DNA from: Promethearchaeota archaeon
Lineage (GTDB): Archaea; Asgardarchaeota; Lokiarchaeia; Sigyniarchaeales; SOKP01
Length of the DNA stretch: 64,000 bases
Direction of reading: 5' to 3'
NCBI GenBank assembly: GCA_019058245.1
Contig: JAHPZJ010000010.1
Coordinates: 64,001-128,000, forward strand
The position numbers were made by a program, and so were the translations under genes. Positions 1 through 10,810 of the stretch are shown here, one piece after another. Under the pieces are notes generated by a model that saw only the letters and a list, made by a program, of their open reading frames with translations, ran no database searches and was not told where the DNA came from. Every line of letters starts with the position of its first letter. Positions within the stretch are counted from its first letter, which is position 1.

Positions 1-255
1 TTCGTCTAGCAATGAAATTTTAAAGTATTCAGGCTTTTTAGAATATTCTTTTAGGGTTTCTTGTACTTTATTATGAAGTAGAGTTGTTAATTCTAATATA
101 TCAATCAGAGAGGGTGCTACAAGTTCGAATATCCACTTATTAGTTGTACTAAAGATCAGAAAGATATTAAAGAGGGGATGAGATTCTAATGGTTTTTTAT
201 CTTCCCTTTTTATTTTATAAAAATTCTTATCAATTATTAAATTTCGATTTATCAT
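1..255 (-). CDS. hypothetical protein, 5' part only (runs off the window edge)
   Basis: Open frame from ATG at 255 (MINRNLIIDKNFYKIKREDKKPLESHPLF...) to the window edge; no recognisable motif. Confidence 0.45.
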   Translation of the reverse strand, partial: MINRNLIIDKNFYKIKREDKKPLESHPLFNIFLIFSTTNKWIFELVAPSLIDILELTTLLHNKVQETLKEYSKKPEYFKISLLDE

Positions 256-601
256 AATATCTAACCATTTTTTTGTATATCTTTATATTTATAAAAACCA
301 TTTGTGGTAAATTATCTGCTATTTGGATCTCAAAATGCTCTAATGGTACAAATTACTAAATGTTGATGTATAAAAATAATCTTCATATTTATATTTTTGT
401 GACAAAAATGTAAAATAACTCAAAAATATAACTGGTTTTTGTCAAAATTGTAAAATTGTTCAAAAAAAAAAATCAGTTTTTGTCCCAAATATATTTGGGG
501 ATAAAAAGGCGACAATATATATTATCAGAAAGCTTCCACTAATTAATTTAGAAAAAATAAAAGATTTTAAAAATTTGAATTTTCTATGCCATTAAAACTT
601 C

Positions 602-1666
602 TTAAGTCTTCCAAAATCCTTTTTTCCTCAAATAACGCCCTAAATACACAATCGAAAGCATGACTGGTACTTCCCAGAAGAGCCCCATTGTTGTACCTAA
701 AGCCGCAATTGAACCAATTCCGTATATAGCAATAGCAGTAGCAATAGCAATTTCAAAATGACTTGAAGAACCAATTATTACTGTAATAATTGCTTCCCTA
801 TATTTCAATTTAAATATTTTTGTTACAAGAATGTTATATCCAACAACAATAACAAATCCAAGTAATAACGGAATCGACACTAAAAGTAAAAGATCTGGAT
901 TATTTATTAAAACCTCACCATTCATAGAAAATAGAACTACCAATGTTGTAAGTAGAGCAACTATAGATATTTTTCCAACTATTGGTCTATATCTATTGTT
1001 AAACCAATCCTCACCCTTCGAAGATATGAGAATTCTTTTACTAATAACCCCGAATAGAAGTGGAAGTCCAATGAAAATTAAAATTGAAACCAATAATAAA
1101 ACCCAATCAACAGGTATATTTTGAATTCCAGTTAGTAATGTCACCATAGGGGCATAGCCAAATATTATAGTAATAGTATTAAGACTTGTATTCACTACAT
1201 TCTGTTCTTGATTCCCCCTTGCCATCCATCCCCATACTAAAACCATCGCTGTACAAGGACTTGAGCTTAATAAAATAATTGCAACTATTAATTGTTCATA
1301 CCCTGGTACAAATATACGAGCCATGAGTAAACCAACAAATGGAGCAATTAACCAATTTGAAATAATTGTTAAAATTATTGGTTTAGGATTTTTACCTAAT
1401 TTTTTTAATTCAGAGACTTGTAGGTTCAGCATTGCTGGATACATCATTAGGAATAAGCAGATGCCAATTGGTAATGATATTTGCCCTATACTTAAAGCAT
1501 TTATAGCTTGACTTATTCCAGGAATAACCTGAGATAATATAATCCCAAAAAAGATACATATTGCAACCCAGAGGGTAAGATATTTTTCAAAAAATCCAAG
1601 TTCTTTAGAATCTGTTTCCTTTTTTATAGATATTTCCTCTGTTTCTGAAATACTCATTTTTAACAT
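602..1666 (-). CDS. acr3: ACR3-family arsenite efflux transporter
   Basis: FFEKYLTLWV, MMYP, NWLIAP, PCTAMVLVW, SHFEIAIA and EVPVML motifs; multi-TM; divergent from ArsR. Confidence 0.95.
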   Translation of the reverse strand: MLKMSISETEEISIKKETDSKELGFFEKYLTLWVAICIFFGIILSQVIPGISQAINALSIGQISLPIGICLFLMMYPAMLNLQVSELKKLGKNPKPIILTIISNWLIAPFVGLLMARIFVPGYEQLIVAIILLSSSPCTAMVLVWGWMARGNQEQNVVNTSLNTITIIFGYAPMVTLLTGIQNIPVDWVLLLVSILIFIGLPLLFGVISKRILISSKGEDWFNNRYRPIVGKISIVALLTTLVVLFSMNGEVLINNPDLLLLVSIPLLLGFVIVVGYNILVTKIFKLKYREAIITVIIGSSSHFEIAIATAIAIYGIGSIAALGTTMGLFWEVPVMLSIVYLGRYLRKKGFWKT

Positions 1667-1862
1667 CCAAATTTTTCATGCTATTTTTAAAATTCAAATT
1701 TAATATATTAATTTTAATTTATGATATTTGAACTATTTATGAAATGGATCAAATAAAAATATTTGGATTTAAAGAAATTAGGAAAATATTTATATAAATA
1801 TATGTGTATTATATATAAAAGCATGATAAATTGTAAATATTTAAATAAAGATCCAAGTATAG

Positions 1863-2303
1863 GTGAATAAGATCAATAGAAAACGTACTAATGAGATAGT
1901 AAATTCCCTTGAAAGCTGTATTGATTTGCAGACAATTGATGTCAATACTTATTTTAAAGATTTACAAGAATTAGGGAATAAATTAGAATATAATAATAAA
2001 TTTAAGCATTTAGTAGATTTTTGTGATACGTTTGGAAATAAAGAGCGTTTAAAAATAGTTATGATATTAAGAAATGATGACCATTGCGTTTGTGAATTAG
2101 AAGCAATCTTAGATAAATCACAACCATCAATATCTCATCATCTTCGGATTCTTGAGAGTACTGGACTTATAAGAAGTTTTAAAAAAGGAAAATTTACGCA
2201 TTATGAATTAGTAAGAGAAAAATTAACGGAATATATTAGGTTATTTTCTGAGATATTTGATTTAGGTTTTATAAAAGAATCTTATTCTATCCTAAAAAAA
2301 TGA
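1863..2303 (+). CDS. arsR: ArsR/SmtB-family transcriptional regulator
   Basis: HCVCELEAIL..SQPSISHHLRILESTGLI HTH with CVC metal box; divergent from acr3. Confidence 0.9.
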   Translation: MNKINRKRTNEIVNSLESCIDLQTIDVNTYFKDLQELGNKLEYNNKFKHLVDFCDTFGNKERLKIVMILRNDDHCVCELEAILDKSQPSISHHLRILESTGLIRSFKKGKFTHYELVREKLTEYIRLFSEIFDLGFIKESYSILKK

Positions 2304-2404
2304 ATTAAAACAGACTTGTCATATAATAAATCATAAATGTAAAAAAGTATAATCAGCAAATTCAATTGAGGATTTAAATTTAAAAAAATTCACTTTTCAA
2401 CATT

Positions 2405-3466
2405 TTAAATCGATATTTTCTCCATTTTTACTTTCTGAATAACTTCATAAGTTCTATGTAATAATTCATATCCGACTTCAGGGGGGGTCCAACCTGACAA
2501 TCCACAATCAGGACCAATAAACTTTAACCTGTCTCCGTAATGATTAAGAGCAGTAAGTAAATTTTTTCGTATTTTTTCCTTTGGATCGATTAAATTCATT
2601 GTACCTTCAAAAGTTTTTATTTCCTCATAGGTTTTTCCTGAATCTAGTATTTCAGCGATAATACTATCAATATTTGTCCGTACAATTCCAACTCGAATAT
2701 ATTTATCGTTTTTTTCTAAATCTTTCTTAGGAAGCTTATTATTTGGATCAGAGGCATATTCACATGTAAGTACATCAATATTTTTTGATTTCATGCAAAT
2801 ATTGGCTTGAAGTAAGCTATGAAGGTGAATTTGAACAGTAGCATTGATGTTTTCTAAAGTTTTATCAAAAATAGTTACAATCTCATCGTCAGAAGTGTTA
2901 ATTAGGTCAATATATCCAAAAGAGGGTTCATCAATGGATATAACAGGTGTCATTATATATTTAGTGTTGTATAGAGAATTTTTAAGAAACGAATTGATTG
3001 ATTTGGCAATATTTAATGCAATATCTAAATAAACTGTAAAACTATGTTTTTTCACATATAATTCAATAGGACCAGTAACACATAATTTTATGTTTAAGGG
3101 TGTACTGGTTCTTTCGTAATACTCTTTAGCATACTTTTTAATTACAAACATTTCTGGTATAATTGCTTTACTTGAGTCAATTAAATCGGGTTGAGTTTCA
3201 TATTCAGAAATAGGTTTTAAAAATTGATTATACATATCCATAAGTTGTGGGTAATTTATGATTTCTACTCCCGCGTTAAGCTTTTGCTGAAAGGATTGCA
3301 AAATAGGATGTTGAAAATAATTTATAATTCCTCTATTTTCGAAAATGTTTTCATTTCTAGTTAAACTATTATAGGCAATCCAATAGAATTTATTGAAGAC
3401 TTCTCTTTCGATATATTCTGGTAAAGGAAAACTTCCTACATCATCATATTGTGGAAAATCTTTCAC
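2405..3466 (-). CDS. MetE C-terminal-like (core methionine synthase family) protein
   Basis: DDVGSFP, VTGPIEL, SIDEPS, IHLH and PDCGLSGW Zn-ligand motifs. Confidence 0.75.
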   Translation of the reverse strand: MKDFPQYDDVGSFPLPEYIEREVFNKFYWIAYNSLTRNENIFENRGIINYFQHPILQSFQQKLNAGVEIINYPQLMDMYNQFLKPISEYETQPDLIDSSKAIIPEMFVIKKYAKEYYERTSTPLNIKLCVTGPIELYVKKHSFTVYLDIALNIAKSINSFLKNSLYNTKYIMTPVISIDEPSFGYIDLINTSDDEIVTIFDKTLENINATVQIHLHSLLQANICMKSKNIDVLTCEYASDPNNKLPKKDLEKNDKYIRVGIVRTNIDSIIAEILDSGKTYEEIKTFEGTMNLIDPKEKIRKNLLTALNHYGDRLKFIGPDCGLSGWTPPEVGYELLHRTYEVIQKVKMEKISI

Positions 3467-3719
3467 TTGATATGCCTCTGATATTTATTAGCTCTTATTA
3501 CAGAATTTATTTCAAAAATTGAATAAATTAATTTAACCAAAATTATAATAATTATTACTTTTTTCATTGATATCTTTTATTTTATTCATATAATATATAT
3601 ACACCCAAATTTGCTCTTTTTTAACTAAAATAATCAAATCTAACTTAATTGATATTAACTCTTATATGTGCTTATGTTTGAATAAATAACTATATCTCTA
3701 AATATAGTAAAATGGTTTT

Positions 3720-4334
3720 TTAATAGTCAATACCTTTTCGTGCTATTATGCCCTTATTATATGGATGATTAATGGAATTGAAACTTATAACATAGTCAGC
3801 AACATCTCTCAATTTTTTATAAAACATCATTCCTGTAAAAATCAATTCTACATTGTTAGGTTTATTTTTGATTAAATTAATTAAATCATTCAATTCAATC
3901 AAGTGCATTGAGACAGCAGTAACTACTTCATCTAAAGCAACTAAATCATATTTTCCTGAATTGACTGTGTCAATAGCGAACTTAAATCCTTTTCTTATAG
4001 ATTCAATTTCTTTTGTGTTTTTATGCATATTTCCAGTTAAAAATGATCCAGTTCCAAATTGTCTAATTTCAATAAATCGTTTAAGAAAGTGAATTTCACC
4101 CATAAAAAATCCATGCTTTTTATCTTCTTTTACATGTCGCTTTAGAAATTGAATTAAAATGGGATTTAAATTATGCCCCAGTGCTCTAATTATCAATCCA
4201 ATTAGTGTAGTAGTTTTACCCTTTCCATCTCCACAATAATAATGCGTTAATCCTATTTTTAAATGAGATCTATTTGAAAACATTGATTTATAATTTCTTT
4301 TACTAATGGGGTTTTTTTCTATTTCCATAATCAT
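3720..4334 (-). CDS. cobO: cob(I)yrinic acid a,c-diamide adenosyltransferase
   Basis: YCGDGKGKTT, IQFLK, YDLVALDEV, ELIFTG, HPY..GI.ARKGIDY. Confidence 0.92.
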   Translation of the reverse strand: MIMEIEKNPISKRNYKSMFSNRSHLKIGLTHYYCGDGKGKTTTLIGLIIRALGHNLNPILIQFLKRHVKEDKKHGFFMGEIHFLKRFIEIRQFGTGSFLTGNMHKNTKEIESIRKGFKFAIDTVNSGKYDLVALDEVVTAVSMHLIELNDLINLIKNKPNNVELIFTGMMFYKKLRDVADYVISFNSINHPYNKGIIARKGIDY

Positions 4335-4352
4335 TATTTTTTTATTTTTAAT

Positions 4353-4655
4353 TCAAATAAAAGCGAAAATTCTACCAGGACAAATATATTTTCCTTTATT
4401 ATTGATATAATCCGACTTTCTTAACTTATAACACTCACAGCAATAAAACTCAATACAATCATTCTGCCATAGATTAATCATATATTCAATTTTGTCTTCA
4501 TTATGCTGAGAACAATAATCCCAGAAATCTAATTTTTTTTGACAATCCCAGCATACTCTTAATTTAATAGAATTTATGGATAAATTATATTTTTTAAAAT
4601 AATCCAATACGGATTTTCTTGGAATATAAATATTTTTTATTAGTTCAATATTCAT
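4353..4655 (-). CDS. small Cys-rich hypothetical protein (putative Zn finger)
   Basis: CWDC ... FYCCEC motifs; co-oriented with thyX and cobO. Confidence 0.6.
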   Translation of the reverse strand: MNIELIKNIYIPRKSVLDYFKKYNLSINSIKLRVCWDCQKKLDFWDYCSQHNEDKIEYMINLWQNDCIEFYCCECYKLRKSDYINNKGKYICPGRIFAFI

Positions 4656-4680
4656 AATTTAAGTTTTTATGATAATTTGT

Positions 4681-5304
4681 TTATAGATTTTTCATTTTAA
4701 CAATTTGATTTATTTCATCAATTTCCATATCCTGAAAAACAATAGGAACTTCTTTTTTAAGAATCTCAAGAATTTTAATAGTCAAATTACGTATTTCCCA
4801 TTGGGCTGATTTTTCACCCCTTAGTTTAATGATATGTCTTAATTCACGAAAGTTAGCTGTCATTATTATTTCACTTTCTATTGCATTTGGTAATATATAA
4901 CGTGCATCCTCCTTTTTTATTCCTAATTTTCGTAAACACATGTACTTCTTCTGAATCTCAAATATAAGATCTAAAAATATTTTGTGTGTTGTATAATTAC
5001 TTCTAATATCACTGGGTTCAATAAAATTAAAATTCTCTTGATTTACATATCTCTGGGATTCTTGAGTAAAAGAACAAAGTCGATGTCGCACTAATTGGTG
5101 TGTTAATGCCCGAGATACACCTGAAATTTTAAAAGATGCTGTTGCATGCTCTAATACAGACTCATGACCTCGTTTTATAAGCATTTTAATAAAAGGTTTA
5201 TAACTTCTATCTGTTTGCTTCTCAAAAGATTGATATGAAGTTCTTGCTGCATTTTCAATATGTCTTTCGGCATTTGGTGTAATGGAAAGTAGTTCAATTT
5301 TCAT
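4681..5304 (-). CDS. thyX: FAD-dependent thymidylate synthase
   Basis: GHESVLEH, SRALTHQLVRHR..SFTQESQRY, AQWEIR. Confidence 0.96.
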   Translation of the reverse strand: MKIELLSITPNAERHIENAARTSYQSFEKQTDRSYKPFIKMLIKRGHESVLEHATASFKISGVSRALTHQLVRHRLCSFTQESQRYVNQENFNFIEPSDIRSNYTTHKIFLDLIFEIQKKYMCLRKLGIKKEDARYILPNAIESEIIMTANFRELRHIIKLRGEKSAQWEIRNLTIKILEILKKEVPIVFQDMEIDEINQIVKMKNL

Positions 5305-5349
5305 TTTAAAGTCATCTCTAATTGTTCCATTAAATAATTTTCATACTTT

Positions 5350-5646
5350 TTAATTATTAATATATTCTGTAGACAAATATTCATCCAATTCTTTTTTTAG
5401 GTAATTCAATTTTAGAGTAAATTCTCTCAGTTTAAGATTTTCACCACTCAAAAATAGATTTTTGAATTTTTGGGTATATTGACTTACATTTTTTATAATC
5501 TCTATTATTTCTAATTGTTTATTAAATGGACGTTGAAGTTTTTCAAAAATAAGTTCATTAAAGAATAAATTAACGTTTTTAAATTCAATATTTTCACAGA
5601 TTTCAAAGAAATGGGCTAGGATTTGAGTTATCTTATCTCCTTTCAA
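5350..5646 (-). CDS. hypothetical protein
   Basis: 98-aa ORF co-oriented upstream of thyX; no motif. Confidence 0.5.
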   Translation of the reverse strand: MKGDKITQILAHFFEICENIEFKNVNLFFNELIFEKLQRPFNKQLEIIEIIKNVSQYTQKFKNLFLSGENLKLREFTLKLNYLKKELDEYLSTEYINN

Positions 5647-6056
5647 TTTAAACTCACATTATTCTATTTTAAAATGTTATATATTTATAGGATAAGTTTC
5701 CTATAAAATTTAATTATTTGCAAAATTCATCTAAAATTATTTTTAAATCAAGTTCAGACTGAAGATATCTAAGAATTATCAAAATTAATAATAATTTTTT
5801 GTTTAGAAAAACCATGTCATTAACTTATTATTTTTAGTAGTCAAATTATTTTTGATGTTATTCTCCCAAAATAAAATTATATAAATTTTAGGGTTTATGT
5901 CGGAGACCTAATTCTCGCTAACTATGATTACCGCTAAATATTTATATGTGTTAATTTATGTAAATTTTGTTTAAGCAATTTTTTAACAAAACTTTATATA
6001 CTTCAAAATCATTCCAAAGCGATTTTTAATAAAAGAAAATTTATGGAAGATCATCA

Positions 6057-7307
6057 ATGAAAGAATTAAACAATATTCCAGAATTTTTAAAGTATTTTCA
6101 GATAACTTCCCCTTCAGAATTTAATATTAATAAAGAAAATATTTTTTATCGGGATAAATATAATGATATTATTAATTTTATTAAAGCTATGATAACCAAT
6201 CATAACGATCCTAAGTTAAAAAGTTATATTGAACCAAAAGGAGCTATTTTAATTAATGTTAATCCTGGAACGGATATTCTAGATTATTTACAACTAATTT
6301 CAAAAAATTATTACTTAGATCTAATTGAAATTAATGAAGAGGAAATCAATAAAGATCCAAATAATTTTTTAGAAGGTCTTATACAAATTATAGATGCTTT
6401 TGGAAAAGATATTATAAAAGAAAATGACAAGAAAGTTGGTAGTATAGAATCTGATAAAAATAGTGAAAAAAAAATATTATTGATTAATCAGCAAAAGATA
6501 TTTAAAAAGAAATTAGAAGGGAAAAATCTTCTGGAAGAATTTTTGAATAGTAGAAAAAAGAAGAGAGATAATTTTAGTTTTATCAATGGAAATTTAATTC
6601 TAATATGGATAAATTATGATATCCAAGATATTAGCAATTTATCAGACAAGCTATATTCTACATTTGATCTTTTTATTAAAATCCCATTAATAAATAAAAT
6701 AGAACGAGAAACAGTATTGAAGGATTTTTTAGAAAAAAATAGTAAGATTGTCTTTGATATTAATGAGATTGTAAATTACACTGAAAATTGGGAAGTTAAA
6801 GATATACAACAACTATTGAAGGTTGGAATATTTAAACACTTCTTGAATTCAGAATTAAATGAAACAAGTAATGAAATTACGGATATCTTAACTGATTTAA
6901 TAATCTCTGGTGAATACTTACCTAATGTTGTTCCTCCTGATTCAAAAAATAGCCTAAAAGTAGAATTAAATGAAGAAAAAATTCAAAATACACAATCTCT
7001 TGCCTCCCAGATGTCTTTAGATGTTGAAAATTACAAAGATGTAAGCGGATTTGTTAAGGATATTCGTGAATCAAATATTTCAGAATTTATACTAAATCAA
7101 CTATATGAAAATGCTGCTTCGAAAAACTATACTGAACTTGTGTTAATAATTGATAAATTGGCTAAAAAAGAACCTTTGGAAGAAGGTGAAATGAAAATGA
7201 TTGCAAATTATTCATTCATCCTAAACGATTCTCCAAACAGGGCTCAAATAAACTTAGAGAAGGCGAAAAAACGAGTAGATCTTATAAAGCAAGCATTTGG
7301 TAAATGA
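6057..7307 (+). CDS. degenerate AAA+ ATPase-like protein (Walker motifs lost)
   Basis: PKGAILINVNPGTD at Walker A position, ILLINQ at Walker B position, FDLFIKIPL...ER..LK and YTENWEVKDIQQL resemble classic-clade AAA lid. Confidence 0.6.
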   Translation: MKELNNIPEFLKYFQITSPSEFNINKENIFYRDKYNDIINFIKAMITNHNDPKLKSYIEPKGAILINVNPGTDILDYLQLISKNYYLDLIEINEEEINKDPNNFLEGLIQIIDAFGKDIIKENDKKVGSIESDKNSEKKILLINQQKIFKKKLEGKNLLEEFLNSRKKKRDNFSFINGNLILIWINYDIQDISNLSDKLYSTFDLFIKIPLINKIERETVLKDFLEKNSKIVFDINEIVNYTENWEVKDIQQLLKVGIFKHFLNSELNETSNEITDILTDLIISGEYLPNVVPPDSKNSLKVELNEEKIQNTQSLASQMSLDVENYKDVSGFVKDIRESNISEFILNQLYENAASKNYTELVLIIDKLAKKEPLEEGEMKMIANYSFILNDSPNRAQINLEKAKKRVDLIKQAFGK

Positions 7308-7329
7308 TTGATTATAGGAGGACATAAAT

Positions 7330-10300
7330 TTGGCATCTCGAACCCATTCAAATATGAATAAGAATAATATTGCTTCATCAAAAGAAACAAAAATATTTAT
7401 CAGTAAAGTAATTTTGGAAAATTTTCTTTCTTTCCAGAAAGATGAAGTTGATTTCGGAAAATCTAAATTCGTAATTATCGTAGGGCCAAATTGGAGTGGC
7501 AAAACCTCAATATTTCAAGCGATAAAGTTTGTTTTGGGCAGTAATGAACGAGACGAACGATATAAAAAATGGGCAGATTTTATCAGAAATGGACAAAATC
7601 ATGCTATGGTAGAAATTCATATCCAAAATGAAGATGAATTAGTTAAGTTAAGAAGGTATGTTATCAGAGGACAATCACCATACTTTTTACTTAAGAGAAA
7701 AGACGATGTAGAATTTAAAAGAAAAACAGTTCAAGAAATTCAAAAGCTAATTTCTGATTTTAATATTAATCCAGACAATCAATTTGCATTCGTAAGTCAG
7801 GGAAAAATTGATTCAATTAAAAATTTAAAACCGACGCAATTAAGTTCCTTTCTTGAGGAAGGTATCGGTTTAAAGGGTTTGAGAGAAGAGATTTTACAAC
7901 AGAAAAATAATGTTTATGAATTGAATAACGATCTTCATTCATTAAAAAGTAGGAAAAATACATTAAATATTAGTTTGGAACTCTTAAATCCTAAATTAGA
8001 ACGCTTAGAACAAAAAAATAAATTATTAGATGTTAAAAAGAAATTTAATGATGAATTACTATGGGCAAATAAAGATAAACTAGAGAAAGAGATCATCGAT
8101 ATCGAAGAAAAAGTTGAGAATGTTAAATTAAATTTAGAAAGAGTAAAGAAAGTAAAAGAAGGTTCTGATAGAGAAATAAAGGCTCTATTTAGTAAAATCT
8201 TGGATAAAGAACAAGCTATAAATGAGCTTTCAAAACAATTGGGCGAGTTGAATTATAAAAAGCAAGATTTAATTCAAAAAATTCAAAATTGGCAAAAAGA
8301 TAAAGTCCAAGCCAAACAAGAGTTAGACACATTATCAAATAGGATTAATGAAATTCAAGGAATTATCAATAATTTCGAGAACCAGAAGCTTAGTTTGGAT
8401 AATGAAATAAAAATAATAAAAGCTGAAAGTAAAAGTAAAGGATTACAGATAGATAAATTGATATCAAAACAAAATCAATTAATAAAGAAAATAGAGCAAA
8501 ATAAGATTTTACTAGAAAAGTATGATCTAATAAATTCTAAGAAAAAAGAAAGCTTAAACATAATTCAAGAGCATAATAAAGCAATTAAAGCTTATAATAA
8601 TGAAATTAGTCAATTATTTCAAAGTTTTAAAGATATTGAACATAAACTCGAAAAAAATAAATGGTTCTTAGAAAATCCAAGTAAGGATCTGCAAATTCAG
8701 CTTGATAGAGAACTTAGTAAGATATCAACAAAAATTTATGAACTTGACTCTGAATTAAAAAAAACTGAATTTGAAGTCTCAAAAAAATTTAAAAAGTTAA
8801 AATTATTGCAGGCTTCACTTAGAGAACGTCGTGTAATTCTTCCTTCAAATATTACAGTTCTCAAGGACGAGATAAAGAAAAGAGGTTTAAAAGTAAAAGG
8901 TCCAATTATCAATTATTTAAAATATGATGACGATTTGAGCTATGCTATTGAATCTGTTCTTGGTGAGAAATTACTCTATAGTTTTATTGCTGAAGATTGG
9001 GATACGCTAAACTTGTTAAAAAGATTGAAAGATAAGTTTGGTGCGTTTTGTAATATCTACCTTCCTAAAAATATCAATATTAAACCAATGATCAAAATAT
9101 CTGCGAATGGCATCCTGGGTTATTTAGCAGAATTAATTGAAATTGTTAATAAAGATATTGATATTAAAAAGGTTATTTACTCAAAAGTTAAGAATTGTAT
9201 TGTGGCTACTGATTACCATTCTGGAAGAAAGTTTTATAGTACACATGATTTCAAAGGAAAGTGTGTGACCTTAAAAGGAGAACAGATAATTTCTTATAAT
9301 TATGTTTATGAAACACCTTATCTTAAAAGATTAAAAGGATTATTAAGTGCTGGAACACAAAAAGAACAATCGGATGTCTTAGAGTTTGAAATTAAAACAT
9401 TAAATGAAAAAATTTCAGAAATGAGAGTTGAACTAGCACAATTAGACTTAACTCAAAAAGAAATATTTCAAAAGAAGGAATCTTTCAATGATCTTCTCTA
9501 TAATTTTAACCAAAAACAAAGAATTACGACAAAAAAGAATCAATTATATGATCAAATGCATGAATTAGAAAAATCTAATTCAAATATTAAAAATAAGATT
9601 AAAGAATTGGATTTACAAATTAATTCTTTAAAAGTCCAGACTGATCCAGAATTTTTTAAGTGGAATGATAAGTTGACTGAGATTCCGAATGAGTTAGCCT
9701 TTTTAAATGAAGAAAAGAAAAAATGGGATAAAAAATTAAGCGAAAACATTGATCTTGTAAAAGCAGTGAGAGACGAAATAAATAAGCAATCTAATGATAA
9801 AAATCTACTTCAAAAGGATTTCCAATCAAAGAAGGATGTATTTCAAAAAGCTGATAAAACTGCTTTTAATATATATCGCCAATTAGAGAATGTTGAAGAT
9901 AATCTTGAGACTACTGAAAAAGAAATTTCAGAGTTAAAAAGGGAGATATTAGGATTTCAAAATAAAAAAAGTGAATTAGAAAAGAAATCTATTCAAATTA
10001 CATTAAATTTTGAACAAGAGAATATTAAATTAAATTCTTATAATCAAGATCTCGAATCAAAAAAAAATGATTTAATCAGAATTCATTCTGAAATAGGTCC
10101 TTTAATTTCGAAAGAAATTATTAAAATTCGCCCTATTGAAGATATTAAGGGAGATATTTCTGATATAGACAAAGATCTGCTTAGATATTTAGATGTTGAT
10201 GATTCAATTTTAATTGAAAAGGACCAAATTTTGAATTCTCTGAAAGAAATTACTAAAAATCAAACAGACTTAGAAAAAGATATTAAAGCAGCTATTAGAG

Positions 10301-10797
10301 CAGAAAATAAAATGGAAGCAACTTATTACAATAAGTTTAGTACTGTAATTGAAAATCTTCAAGAGAAAGTTAACCAAAAATTTAAGGATTCACAAATTAA
10401 ATCTTATTGTTCTCTTGAATTAACTGGAAATTTTGAAGATTTAGGAGTTAAGATTAAAGCTGCTACTTCAAAAGATCAATTAAAATCTTTTACTGCTCTT
10501 AGTGGTGGTCAAGTTTCACTAGTATCAATCTGCTTAATATTATCTCTTCAGGAGATTAAGCCTTCAGCACTCTCAATGCTTGATGAACCAGGGATGTTTT
10601 TGGATGAAAAGAATTCGGAAGTGGTATATCAATTAATTAAATCAACTTTAGAGAAAAATCCAATCCAATTATTCATGTTTTTACCAAAATCTTCTAATTC
10701 ATTATTTTTATTAGCTGAAAAACTGATTGGAATAGCTAGAGTAGGAAAGAGGGAAATCTCTTCTGTATTTAACCCAAAAATTGTGAAGAAAGAATAA
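7330..10797 (+). CDS. smc: SMC-family ATPase, SMC5/6-like
   Basis: LENFLSF, GPNWSGKTS Walker A, FVSQG Q-loop, long coiled coils around a hinge (VKGPI..YL), LSGGQ signature, LDE..FLD Walker B/D-loop. Confidence 0.93.
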   Translation: MASRTHSNMNKNNIASSKETKIFISKVILENFLSFQKDEVDFGKSKFVIIVGPNWSGKTSIFQAIKFVLGSNERDERYKKWADFIRNGQNHAMVEIHIQNEDELVKLRRYVIRGQSPYFLLKRKDDVEFKRKTVQEIQKLISDFNINPDNQFAFVSQGKIDSIKNLKPTQLSSFLEEGIGLKGLREEILQQKNNVYELNNDLHSLKSRKNTLNISLELLNPKLERLEQKNKLLDVKKKFNDELLWANKDKLEKEIIDIEEKVENVKLNLERVKKVKEGSDREIKALFSKILDKEQAINELSKQLGELNYKKQDLIQKIQNWQKDKVQAKQELDTLSNRINEIQGIINNFENQKLSLDNEIKIIKAESKSKGLQIDKLISKQNQLIKKIEQNKILLEKYDLINSKKKESLNIIQEHNKAIKAYNNEISQLFQSFKDIEHKLEKNKWFLENPSKDLQIQLDRELSKISTKIYELDSELKKTEFEVSKKFKKLKLLQASLRERRVILPSNITVLKDEIKKRGLKVKGPIINYLKYDDDLSYAIESVLGEKLLYSFIAEDWDTLNLLKRLKDKFGAFCNIYLPKNINIKPMIKISANGILGYLAELIEIVNKDIDIKKVIYSKVKNCIVATDYHSGRKFYSTHDFKGKCVTLKGEQIISYNYVYETPYLKRLKGLLSAGTQKEQSDVLEFEIKTLNEKISEMRVELAQLDLTQKEIFQKKESFNDLLYNFNQKQRITTKKNQLYDQMHELEKSNSNIKNKIKELDLQINSLKVQTDPEFFKWNDKLTEIPNELAFLNEEKKKWDKKLSENIDLVKAVRDEINKQSNDKNLLQKDFQSKKDVFQKADKTAFNIYRQLENVEDNLETTEKEISELKREILGFQNKKSELEKKSIQITLNFEQENIKLNSYNQDLESKKNDLIRIHSEIGPLISKEIIKIRPIEDIKGDISDIDKDLLRYLDVDDSILIEKDQILNSLKEITKNQTDLEKDIKAAIRAENKMEATYYNKFSTVIENLQEKVNQKFKDSQIKSYCSLELTGNFEDLGVKIKAATSKDQLKSFTALSGGQVSLVSICLILSLQEIKPSALSMLDEPGMFLDEKNSEVVYQLIKSTLEKNPIQLFMFLPKSSNSLFLLAEKLIGIARVGKREISSVFNPKIVKKE

Positions 10798-10810
10798 ATT
10801 GTGAAGGAGA

